Source: Azolla caroliniana
Taxonomy: Eukaryota > Plantae > Polypodiophyta
Assembly: GCA_043228905.1 (NCBI GenBank)
Contig: JBHGNT010000007.1
Coordinates: forward strand, 10,292,001-10,356,000
Direction: 5' to 3'
DNA length: 64,000 bases
In this document: positions 1-11,878 of the stretch, piece by piece
Numbering within the stretch: the stretch's first letter is position 1
Layout: each line of letters begins with the position of its first letter
Program-made: the position numbers and the translations under genes
Notes under the pieces: model-generated
The model's input: the letters and a program-made list of their open reading frames with translations, nothing else
The model's database searches: none
Told to the model about the DNA's origin: nothing

Positions 1-859
1 TGACTCCTTTCGACTGCATCTTTTGGTCCAACTTCTGGAGATTAATGTGGCCGATTCTCTTGTGCCATAGTTTCAAGTTGGTGTCAACTTTGAGGCCTTT
101 TGCAAACATGGCCGACTTCACCTTGTTCGACTCGAGGATGAACATTCGACCTTCTCGTCGACCGTCTTTTTCCATGAAGCACCCTTCATTGTTGAACCAG
201 ACTTACATGCCTTGCTCTACTATGTGGCTGACCGAGACCAGATTTTTCGTGATGGTCAGGACATGCAAAACGTTCTTTATATAGGTTTGTTTGCCTTCAT
301 TCCCAAATGGGACATTACCGACATGTTGAATGGGGTGAATTGTGTCATCCCCAGTTTCGACATAGTGGGGTCGATCAAGTTTTCATAATTCTCAGAACCA
401 ATCTTCATGAAACATCATGTGATTGGATGCTCCTAAGGCGACAAACCATACATTTTCTGGAACGGAGGTGTTGGTCAGACTTGGTGCCGACATTGAATGT
501 GCCTTGTGCCTCATTACGAACATTCTGCCATGGTTGTCATAGTTGGAGTTCGTTGCATAATTTGTGAGTTGTCGGTTGGTGGACGCCGACTCTTGTTTCT
601 TCTTTTGACACTCCTCTTCGTAGTGGCCAAGTTTTCCACAGTATCCACATTCGATCGGGCTGATTTGGTGGCTTGGTCCGGCAGGATGGCTCCCCATTCT
701 GCCAAACTCCCTCGGTGCATTCCTAGCATCTTGCCAATGGCAGGGGTTGTGTTCTCGAGTCGACTGATCATGTCGGCCTCGTCCTAATCGGCCTTTATTC
801 CCTTGGCCAAATCCTCTTCCCTCGTCCGGCCGGGAGTAGAGCATTTGATCATTTGGCAC
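1..859 (-). mobile_element. Ty1/copia gag-protease-GAG_pre-integrase fragment (decayed, family D-like)
   Basis: ORF 392..859 has a CCHC knuckle (CGYCGKLGHYEEEC) and a degenerate protease motif (WFVALGASNHM). It is homologous to the copia ORF at 39323..40372. Confidence 0.9.
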
Positions 860-1620
860 ATTGCTCCTCGATCAGATCATGTGGTGCACACTAATGATGT
901 GTACCATAAGTTGGCTGAAGATAGAACTTGGTTAGAAAATAAGGTGTTGGATACATGGAGCATTACTAGAAATGTAAAGTGGTGGCGTAAAGTTTTAGAT
1001 GCAGGGTGGCAGTCTCATCTTCCATTCCGTGCAAAGGTATTTCTTTGGCGTGCTATAGTTGGTGGGTTGCCTTTGGCAATGGCCTTAAAACTAAGACATA
1101 TTTTGAATGGGACATGTTTTTTCTGTACGGTGTTTGAAGAAGATGCTAGACATAGGTTCATTACATGTGCGGTTGCTAAGGCCATTTGGGTGATTATGTC
1201 AAAAATTTGGGCATCGATAACAGGGAATGTGTTGTCACCTTATAAATGGGTTTTTATGGATGAGGATAAAGTTATGCCCACACCATCATATAAGGTGGTT
1301 TTTCATTACCTTAGATATTGGGGGATGTGGTTTAATTGGACCATGAGAAATGAGTTCTTGTTTGATGGACTTCATGGGATAACACAACAAATCCGTAGGA
1401 TGAAAGGGAAATTGGTTTAGCAATTTTTAGAACTATGTTGTATGGGGATCTTGTCCCAAGAGGAGATAGACTTATGTCAGTTTTACAACACTTGAGAGGG
1501 TTTCCCTTGCACTATCACTATTTATGAAGTAGTGAAGATAGCAAGGGTTGTATTATCATTTGTTTTAATAACAAACATTGATTTAATGAAAAAAAAGAAA
1601 AAAGAAAAAGAGAGAGAGAG
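860..1620 (+). mobile_element. 5'-truncated L1-type LINE (zf-RVT C-terminal domain plus A-rich tail)
   Basis: ORF 803..1420 contains KVFLWR...LP...CFFC...EDARHRFITC, typical of zf-RVT. An A-rich/(GA)n tail follows at ~1588-1622. Confidence 0.8.
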
Positions 1621-3688
1621 AGAACAAGAAGCTATATTCGCAAGAGATAAAATTACGTCCAACAACATCTAAGTTACAAAAGAGGTTGGTTTAAATGCCA
1701 ACTAACCTAGGGCAACTGCCCTTTCTACGATTTACAAAACTACCCTAGTGTGTCCATTGCTAGTGTGAAAGCCATTACATTTGGGAAGTTGGGTTTGATT
1801 CTCAACATTAGGAATTTTTGAATCATTTTATGGTAAAACACTTTGGCGAATATAGTTAGATAGATTTATTTTATCATCACGTCCTCAAAGATAAAATCAG
1901 ATTAGACTCGAACATTTTCACATCGACTAAGGAGTTTATAAGTTATTCTAGATGTTCAAGAATTCTACATATGAGCATTGCAATTGAGAGAAAACATCAT
2001 GTAAATGGTTGAAAATGTGGGAAGGCAAGTTATGATGTAGAGTGTGGCTACTTTTGCTTGTGAATTTGTTGAGGCATTCGCCAATGCCCCAACCAATCAA
2101 TAAGAATGCAAGTCTTATGTAGGAGATTGTGAAACTTATGAACAATGGAATAAACTCTATTATGCATGGTGTGTGAGATTTATATGATAGATTTAAAAAA
2201 TGGTTATGGTCGTCGATATAATTGTTGACATATGGAGCATGAACCTCCACTTCTTTCCAATATTGTGACAATTTGAGAAAAATCTTATTTATAGAAGAAT
2301 CTATTGTGGCAACATTCTTATGGATACAAGAACACATTGCAAACACGTATTAACTTGGTACTTACAATTCTTCAATACATCTCTAAAAGATGCTTGTGTA
2401 CTATCATCTCAAAAGCTTTATTTGTGTGCATAAATTATAATGCAATAATATGGGCCTTGATCTTGTCAAACGACTAATCTCCATTAGAACCCAAAGAGTG
2501 ACAAAGTGATTCAAACCCTAAACCCAAAAACATGCTTGCCCATACACCCTCTTTTTCTTTACTTCAGTCCATGTACTAGTGTTGTTTCCATAACACATGA
2601 ATAACTTTGCGTCAAGATAACTTACCATGATTGTCATATGAATTGTCTATAATACATATGTATAAATGCCATTTATGTAAAGACTTGATGCAATTTACAG
2701 TCAAATTGTACAGTGTATCAAGGTGCAGCACATGACTGTACATATTGCCTATCCAAGTTTGCATTTCCTCTCTGACCATATGAGAATTTTGGGTTTTATA
2801 ACTTGATCTCCAACCTTGCGAGCAGCCAATTTCTGAAGTCATGAGCATATAACATTAAACGCAAAGATGGAATTGCACTTATTAAAGAGAACCTAACACA
2901 TCTTTGTTCATATTTGTTTCATGTTTGCTCATATATGTTCTTATAATGCATTTGTGGCCTCGTACGTTTGGCCTTGAGCAAGTGACCCCCTCATGAATGT
3001 GCTGCGATTTCCTTGCACCCCATAGCATGCTTTTGCATGGATTTGATTGGAAGTCTGAAGGGAAGGGTACTAAAAGTGGGGTTGCCTTAATTACGAGTGA
3101 TAGGGGTGTTTTTTCAAATTTCATCTCATGCAAAGGACTCGGTTTGGTGGCTTGATCCCTTTCCTATAAGCTTGAGTCGAGAGTTCAATTCACACCCCAC
3201 ATTAAATTGCCCCATATAAAAACTTTCATGAAAGTTCCTCTTTATATAAAGTCTTGCTTCTACCCTCTCACTTGATATGAACACTCCATGCACATGGCAC
3301 CTTTTAATCTTCATAATTTGGCTTCTGCAATCTTTACCATCACAATCTTCAGATTTGTCCATGTTTGGAACAGTTTTCGAGCATCTTGAGATAAATTTAC
3401 CATCAAACATATTTGTATGGTTATTTTCTCAAGTTAATAATCTCAAACTGCATATTTCTCAGTATCATGCAAATCTTTGACCTGAACAAATGCTAATCTT
3501 CAGATTCAAAATCATTTTTTTATGCAAGAAGTTTCATAATTAGGCCTTTGCCCATCTTTACCATGACAAACTTGAGAATAACATTTACCATTTGAATATT
3601 TCTTTTGATGAGCAGATTCTTTTCTAACTCGACCTTTATTTCAATGCCATAAGAAAATATATTGTCTTTGACATAAATGATTTCATCA

Positions 3689-5569
3689 TCAGACTTCTGC
3701 CCATCTTTCTTCCATTGCTTTCCGAACCATTGCACGTTCCTCCCATCTTCCAGCTTCAGCATAGATATTAGATAGCAACACAAATGCAGCGGTGCTCCCT
3801 GGTTTTACATCAAGAAGACATTCTGATACATGTTTTGCTAATGCAATCTCCTGAAAACTTCTACATGCAGTTAGAATGGAGGTCCATGTTTCCTCACTAT
3901 ATGGACAATTCGATTCATGTATAAAATTGATTGCTTCTACTAATCTTCCCGCCCGTGTTAACATATTGACCATACATGCATAATGCTCAGCCGTTGGTGT
4001 AAGATCGAGGTTCCGAATCATAGATTCAAAATGACAAACCCCTTCTTCGATCAATCCAGCATGACTACAAGCTGACAAAACACCCACTATCATAACATGA
4101 TCAAGAGTCATGCCATTGGCATACATCTCTTCGACGAGCCACAGAGCATTTTTAGCATTTCCATGAAGTGCGAATCCAGAAACCATGGCGGACCATGATA
4201 TCATGTCTCTCTCATGCATATGGTCAAAGACATGGCAAGCCAAATCCATACTGCCACATTTAGCATACATATCGATAAGGGTATTCTCAGAGAATGTCCA
4301 TGGTTTAAACCCATGCTTTACCATACAAATATGAACTTGTTTTCCTAGTTCAAGTGCTGCAAGATTAGCACATGCTTTCATTGCACACACATAAGCCACA
4401 TCATCTGGCATCACATTTTCACTATGCATTTTCCAGAAGTATATCAATGCTTCTTCTGAGAAGTTATTCTGTATCAATCCTTCCATCATGCTAGTCCATG
4501 AGATCACATTGGGCTGAGTCATCTCACAAAAGACATGAAATGCATCTGCAAAGCTTTCACACTTTGTATACATGTCTATAAGGGCATTTCCTATAGCAAT
4601 ACATGGTATTCTTTCATTAATATAGCAATGTATAAATTTTCCTTGTTTCAAAGACCTAGTTTCTACACATGACTTCAAAATACTTAGGAAAGTCACATCA
4701 TCTGGCTCTAAACCTTGTAGTTGAAGCTGATAGAACAACCCTAATGCTAACTTATATTGCCCAAGATGAACATATGCAGATATCATAGAATTCCATGTAA
4801 CTATATCATGATCTTGCATCTTATAGAATATTTCTTGAGCCAATATTATGCTACCACACCTAGCATACATATCAATCAGACTACTCCTCATGAAATTATT
4901 AAACTCAAGTTTAAATCTGATCATACATATGTGTATCTCTTTACATTGCTCAAGACAATGACAAGATTTAACAATAGCCAGAAATGTATACTTGTTTGGT
5001 CTTACATTCTCTTCTTTAATCATCCTCCAAAATAACAAAATAGCATCTTTTCCATATCCAAGCTTTGTATAACCTCCAATAATAAGGGTCCAAGTAAAGA
5101 CGTTCCTCTCAACCATGTCTTCAAATACAATTCTGGCTTGATTCATGTCCACACATTTGATATACATATTAATCAATGTATTTCCGAGATTTATATCTAA
5201 ATTGACATTATTTTGCTTAATGGAATCATGAATGGATCTTGCATGTGAAAAAGATTTGTAATAAATACAATCTTGAACAAGACATATATATGTTCCGTGA
5301 GATGCATAAATTCCATATGTATTCAGTTTCTGAAGAAGAGAAACTGCATCTAAAATCTTCCCACATTTGCTGAGATGTTTAAGGTGAGCTTCAATGGCGC
5401 CGTGGTTGGATGTACTGAGACAGATATTTGAGATAACATTTCGGAGTAAAGAAGACGGATGGAGAGAGAAGATGAAAATGAATGCTTACCTGAGAGAGAA
5501 GAAGCCATGGACGCAGAGTAAATTGAGTGATCCTGTCCTAGGACGACGAAAAAACGTGGTTAGAATCAT
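3689..5569 (-). CDS. PLS-class pentatricopeptide repeat protein with E domain (organellar RNA-editing specificity factor); predicted exons 5569-5490 and 5414-3689, ~601 aa
   Basis: Repeated PLS motifs (LIDMYAKCGS, DVISWS/TWNSMI, PDDVTF) and an E domain (WTSILTACR...FVLLSNIYAEAGRWEE). The frame stays open upstream of the TTG at 5176. A 75-nt GT-AG intron (5489-5415) removes the only stop and joins an ATG at 5569. No DYW domain is seen. Confidence 0.9.
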
Positions 5570-5699
5570 CGTGAGCCATGTCGGGGGCGATGCTTCAGCT
5601 TACCATGAGAGAGGGAGAGAGAGAGAAAGATGTAGCTTAGCTGATAGTCCATTGGAGACTGCGGCAGTTAGTAGAATTAAGATGGAATAGAATATAGCG

Positions 5700-5765
5700 A
5701 GGAAATCGGTTTCGAACCCAAGACCTGCGGCAAGTAGTATAGCAATATACCACCAAGGCAAGCTA
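5700..5765 (-). other. Degenerate tRNA/SINE-like segment (box B) just upstream of the PPR gene
   Basis: The minus strand reads ...aggtcttgGGTTCGAAACCg (box B). There is only a weak box A and no complete cloverleaf. Confidence 0.3.
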
Positions 5766-6410
5766 ATTATAAATAGGGGGCAACAAGGTAATTAAATTTT
5801 GCTTTATAATAAACAGGATATTTTATTTTTGAACATATAACAAGAGCCATCCTCACATATAACAAGAGTGGTTTTATTATTTATTGTGATGAAAGACCAT
5901 AATGATGATGATGATGATCAATGGACGTTTACACCAATGCATTGGGGATGGGATGGGGGTTGTGTTTGTTCGGCTCTATCTCATTCGTTCGTTCATTCAT
6001 TCACAATGCTCGAACTCAAGAGTATTGAGGATACGACACAAGAAATGCACACCATAGAACAAGAGATCGAGTTATGGACGGTCCCACTCGCAAATGGAGG
6101 CCGACCTCATGCACTAACTCAGGACATTGAAGCAACATTTTCGGAATGAAAGGAGGCATATACAAGAACACAACAAAAACCTGCACTCCTCGAGGCAACA
6201 TTACACTAACAACACAACCAAACCCCCCTTCAACATGAGTTTGACACAAATCCCCATTCCAGCAATACAAGCATCAGTCCTTATCGAGAACAACCCACGT
6301 CACAGGCACCCCCAAGACCACCTCATGCAAATCAACTACTTGTCACGGACACACCAACGTGAGACTATGACAAGGCTACAATCGAGAAGGTTACGAACAT
6401 GGAACTCGAC

Positions 6411-6787
6411 GTGATGAGGCTAGAAATTCGGGAAGTTGGGAGTGATGAGATGAGGAACTTAAGACACTAGGAACAATACAAGAGCATACTAGATTGATGT
6501 GTCAATGACTGGTGTTGAATCCCTTGAAAAGGACCAAGGAGGTTACAAGTATTTATACTGTGAGTCGAAGTACATGCATTAGAATATTTTGGAGAATATT
6601 CAGGAGAATATTCTAGAACTTTCTAAAAACTCCTAGAACTTGAAATAGATAATCTACTAATAATCTACTAAGATATACATAACATGACCATATATTTGGA
6701 TGTGTTGATTAGAACACAACACTTGACTATATATGTCAAGAGGTCAAGAGTTCAAATCTTGACATGACTGTTGTCATGTCTATGACA
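6411..6787 (-). mobile_element. Isolated chromovirus-type LTR (related to the 16036 LTR); left boundary uncertain
   Basis: Starts TGTCAT on the minus strand after a purine-rich aagatggtag. It has the same layout as the 16036 LTR: box-B-like motif, HSE-like TTCTAGAA array, and TATAAATA at 6558-6551. Confidence 0.6.
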
Positions 6788-6899
6788 CTACCATCTTATA
6801 CCACAAGGGAGAATATTCGTTGTATGGTTTCCCAAGTGTTGGGATCGAATCGAATATTTGTGATATGCAGAAATACAAAACTCGGAACAGAAAACATCA

Positions 6900-8601
6900 A
6901 ATACCCCTATGGGAATTTTTGCTTTGTCGATGGGCTCGTATAGGTCTTTGACTATGAGAAGGTCTTCCATCTTTATCTTCCAATCTGCATAGTTATGAGA
7001 GTTTAGAACTATCATACTTGGGAAGGCACACACACCTCCTTCCATCTTTTACGTTAGTGCTCAGATACTAGATTTTCGGGATCGAATCGAATATTTGTGA
7101 GAAAGATATGCAGAAATACGCAACTCGGAACAGAAAACAACAAAAGTGAACAAGATACATAATGTACACAGTTTTACATGGAAAACCCTAAACGGGAAAA
7201 ACCACGGGAGAACATATTTTCACTATATAGTGGATATACAAGACAAAGATATTACAACACTCTCTCAACGTAGAGTGTAATAGCCAGGCAGGGCTCTTAG
7301 CGTCTAGACTTAGCTATGGCGCCGCTCATCTCTCTCTCTCTTCTTTTTCTACAAAAACTCTATTCAACTACTACTATTTTATTTATTTATTTACAATGTT
7401 TGCCCTAAGTGTATTTATAGTTATACACATTATGGGTTATTTACAACTGTAGTCCCTACTATTATCATTCCTATTATTATAATAATAACAATATTAGTTA
7501 ATCAGCCGACTAGTCACTAGCCGATTCCTATGTCGACTGTCCAGTCAGTCGGACTACTCGGCCTCATCGTCAACCATTCGGTCAGCCCGACTAGTCAGTC
7601 GTGTCTTCGACTTCGATCACTTGTACTGCCAACTCTCCTAGTTGACTCTCCATGTCGACTCTCTCTCAGTTGACTCTCTGTGTCTTCGACTGTCGGCTCC
7701 TCTTTGTTATCGACTATTGGCTCTTCCCACAGGAAGGACATTTTCCTAAAAAACTCCCCCTCCACTTCTACTTTCTCCCGCAACCAATGATACCTGAGTC
7801 TGTCCATCGGTAGGTTCTTCGTCAATATGTCGGATCCATTGTCGTCAATATGGATCTTCACAAGGGTAAACTCTCTCTCTTCTACTTTCCCCCGCAACCA
7901 ATGATACTTCCTCTGTATGTGCTTGGTCTGGGTGGTACAAAACGTTCTTGGCTAGGTGTATGGCACTTTGGCTGTCACATTAAAGCAAGAACTCCCTTTG
8001 ATTCATTCCCAACTTACTAACAAAACTTCTCATCCAAATCAACTCTTTGTCAACCTTTACCGCTGCCATGTACTTTGCCTCTGTGGTCGACAATGTCACA
8101 TACTTCTACAGTCGTGACTGCCATGACACTGCTCCCCTTGCATATGTCATTACGTACCCTAATGTGGATCGGTTCGAGTCTATGTCACCCAACATGTCCG
8201 AGTCGGTAAACCCTTCAAGCATAGGTTTTTTGACACCATACCTAAGGCATACCCTTGAGGTTCCTTTCAAGTACCTTAGTAATATCCACTTCATGGCTAC
8301 CTAGTGTTCTCTTCCTGGATTACTCATGTATCAGCTTACTGCTCCCACAACAAATTTTATGTCTTTCCTTGTACAGACCAAAGCATACATTAAACTACCA
8401 ACGACCGAGGCATACGATACTTTCCTCATCTCAGCCTTTTCTTTCTCCCCTCCCGGGCATTGCTTTACATTCATCCAGAATTTGGTTGGCAACATAGAGC
8501 TGACTGGCTTTGCTTCTGACATGTTGAAGCTTTCTAGGATCTTTGTCACATACTCCTCTTGTGACAACCACAACACTTTCTTAGTTTTGTCCTGAACTAT
8601 G
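6900..8601 (-). mobile_element. Ty1/copia family A remnant: RT/RNaseH end, PPT, LTR (~7071-7752), PBS, gag N-terminus
   Basis: RT/RH peptides (KWILLRYLKG, AVSWQSRL, TKNLPMD), PPT gtggaggggga at 7765-7754, PBS-like tagtatctgagc at 7070-7059, and gag start MEGG...NYADWKIKMEDLL. Confidence 0.85.
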
Positions 8602-9903
8602 TGAAAGACAGATATGTGCGGAAAAGTATGTGAGGACCTGTCGGTTATGCTCCACAAACAACACAAAGGGAAGGCAAGAAGATATAGACAAATGATAGAT
8701 ACACATAGATAAATCTTTAATGGAAGCTCTCCTTAATTCTATTCTCTCTCTCTCTTAGAGACTCGATGTACAAGATGATCAAGTGATCTCTTCTTTACAA
8801 CGTTAGGTTATTGCTTATATATTAAGCCCTAACTATATGGACGAGTTCAAACTAGGATACAAAGTGGAAGGAGTCGGCCTTTTATGCCAACAAACTCCCT
8901 CGTAAAAGGACTACTCTTTCCTATATGTAGATGTGGTTGGGATTATCTCCCCCATAAACCTAGATTACAACACTAATCTAGATTTATGTTACAAGTCGGT
9001 TGGCATATAGTTGAGTCGGCATAGGTGAGGTCTGTGTCGATCCTAGCATGGCTCATTATCATGATTGATTCGCTCGACTCTTACCCTCTGCTTGTTTGGC
9101 TTTCTTCTGCTCCGTGCTTGTCGTACTCCCATCTTTGTCCTTAGTGCTTCGAAGCGTTGATATGGGAGTGGCTTTGTTAGGCAATCGACGATGTTCACCT
9201 CGGTATCGATCTTCCAGACTTTGAGCCTCTTCTCAGTTATAATCTCTCAGATGTGATGATACCGTACCTCAATGTTGCTTCGTCTTTGCATGATAGATGT
9301 GATTGTTAATGAGGTGAATTGCGCTTTGCGAGTCGCAATAGATGGTCAGCGTTGGTTGGTCAATTCGGCTTGTAGATTGTTACCGGCCGGCAAGGAGTCC
9401 AAAATACGGAGTGAAGGAATTAATTAGATATGGTTGTAAATGAGCATAGTGTGGACGGACGGACTGGAAACGGTATGCCGTTCCAGATCCGGACGGATCC
9501 CGAATAGGTGCGAGAGGCACCGTTTTGTACTACGGGCCGGAAACCTATTTAAAGGCCCGGACCCTATTGTAATGACAGCGGATAATTAATAGAGATTATG
9601 ATGTTTATACTTCTGTCTTGATTCCGTTCTGTAATCACTGTTATATCTTACGCGTGTAATTAACCCAAGCAATCTAATCGTGTAACCTACGTAAGTCGGT
9701 GTAATCGTTGAATCTTAATCCTATGCCGTAATCACCCTTTGGTGAAGTGTCTCCGTGACACCTTGTGTTAGGCCTTGTCCGGCTAAGCGAATAACACAGT
9801 TTTGGCGACCACGATTCCTGCTTTCTCGCAGCGAACGACGGTAATGGATGACTAGACCAACGCACGACTTGGTTACAGACCGAGCTCGACGCATCGCCGA
9901 ACG

Positions 9904-10190
9904 GCAAAGACAGCGTTCGTCACCGAATGGGGGGTGTTTGTGGCCGAAGTCATGATGTTCGGCCTAAAAACGGCACCAGCAACGTTCCAGCGAATCATCA
10001 TGGAGATCTTCGGCGAATACATTCCTGCCTTCATGCAAGTTTTCCTGGATGATTTTGCAGTCTATAGCCGGGGAAAAGACCATTTGCAGCACCTACGGTT
10101 ATGCCTTGAAAAGTGCAGGTTATACCGGCTAAGCTTAAACCCAACAAAATGCATCTTTGGGGTTTCAAGTGGAATATTGCTGGGACACTC
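9904..10190 (+). pseudogene. Gypsy reverse transcriptase internal fragment
   Basis: KTAFVTEWG...MMFGLKTAPATFQR...VFLDD...KCIFG...LLGH, truncated on both sides. Confidence 0.9.
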
Positions 10191-11500
10191 TCTACCACAA
10201 AGGAGCAGATGGAATATGGAGACGGGCAGTCCGTAGTGACGAGAAAGAAGTAATCTTACGGGAAGCACACTGTGGGGTTGCCGGAGGACACTATGCCGGG
10301 GAAGCGACGGCAAGGAAGGTATGGCAGAGCGGCTTATGGTGGCCCACGACGCTAAAAGATGCCGTCAAGTATGCTAAGGAATGTGACCTATGCCAACGAA
10401 TGGGCCAGCCTACGGAGCAAGCACGGATGCCACACCAACCGGTACTTCCACTAGAGCCATTCCAGAAGTGGGGGTTGGATTTTGTCGGACCATTCAAGCC
10501 ACCGGCAATGAGAACGGGTAATCGTTATGTCATCGTGGCAACGGATTATTGCACTAAATGGGTGGAAGCTAAGGCCCTGAGAGACAACACCGCGTCATCC
10601 ACAGCAAAATTCCTGTACGAAAACATTTGGTGCCGATATGGATGTCCGATTGAATTAATCAGCGACCAAGGAGGCCACTTCCTCGGCCAGGTAGTGGAAA
10701 GCTTAACAACGTTCTATGCCGTGGTCCATAAAAGAAGCACACCGTATTACCCACAGGCGAACGGGTTAGCAGAGTCCACCAACAAAACGCTGCAGAACAT
10801 TCTCCGCAAAATTGTCGATGAAAACCGGACGGACTGGGACACAAAGCTCCATAGTGCGCTATGGGCGTACAGAACGGCATACAAAACGAGTATCCGGACA
10901 ACGCCGTTCCGGTTAGCATTCGGCTTAGAAGCGGTCATGCCGGTCGAGTTTCAGGTACCAAGCTTACGGATCCAACTACGGGAACGGCTGAATGAAAAGA
11001 AGTCGGAGGAAATACGGCTAGCAACACTATGCGAACTGGAGGAGCAACGGCTGGCCAGCATCCTCCACATGGAACTGGAGCAACGACGACGGAAAGCGTT
11101 CGTTGACCGTCACCGGAAAGGTAACGAAAAGATGTTCGAAATCGGAAAGCCGGTTCTAGTATTCCAAACGAGGATGGGCAAAATGCCGGGTAAACTACGG
11201 TTCAGATGGACAGGCCCGTATTGGCTGACACGGGAATACAACGGGTCCTATCAGATAGGGACACTTGCCGGTGAAGTACTAGGCAAGTGGGTAAACGGAT
11301 TTCGACTAAAACCCTATAAAGGACCGATGCCAAAGAACCCGTTTATGCAGCCCACCGGCACTACACCAGGAACCTGTCCGGGATCGGTACGGATCGATCC
11401 GGAAGAAAAAGACGACGGGGAACCCGTAGTAGAGACGAAGGAAGACACGGCAAACCGTAAGGAAAACGGTCAGGGTCCGAAGGGACCTACGGATGTGTAA
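10191..11500 (+). CDS. Gypsy integrase (HHCC + DDE + GPY), open frame but detached from pol
   Basis: AHCGVAGGH..CDLC, WGLDFVGP, ISDQG, QANGLAE, WTGPY. Confidence 0.85.
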
Positions 11501-11878
11501 GGTCACACACCGTCAAAAAAAATAAAAAATAAAAAATAATAATAAAAAAAATCATTAAAAATCGAGGTATGAACGGGTGTGAAAGCAAGGCGCGAAAAGG
11601 TACGTAGTGGGCATTTAAGAGACGCCACGCTACTTAATACTAAATTGGTACACGACGTGTGCATGCTCGAAAAAGGCGCCAAAACGCACAAAGAAGAAGC
11701 AGAACGCATGGAGACCTTTTCATTTCGCGAGCCAAGAAGCACAGAAGCACCAAGACAGTGGAAGCTGAGCAAACGCGAACCTGCACGCAGAGAACCCCCG
11801 CGCTCAGAACGCTCTCTCTCTCGCTCTCACTCTCATCACCACTCTACCTCGCCATCTTCCCTTGACCTTGAAGCAGAC

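Noticed and set aside
1640-3480. Short ORFs in the AT-rich interval
   Set aside because: No recognisable domains, and no terminal repeats or TSD could be established.
3126-3688. DYW deaminase domain downstream of the PPR
   Set aside because: No HSE(K) or CxxC/DYW motifs in the frames read.
5700-5765. Functional tRNA gene
   Set aside because: Box B is present but there is no convincing acceptor or anticodon stem.
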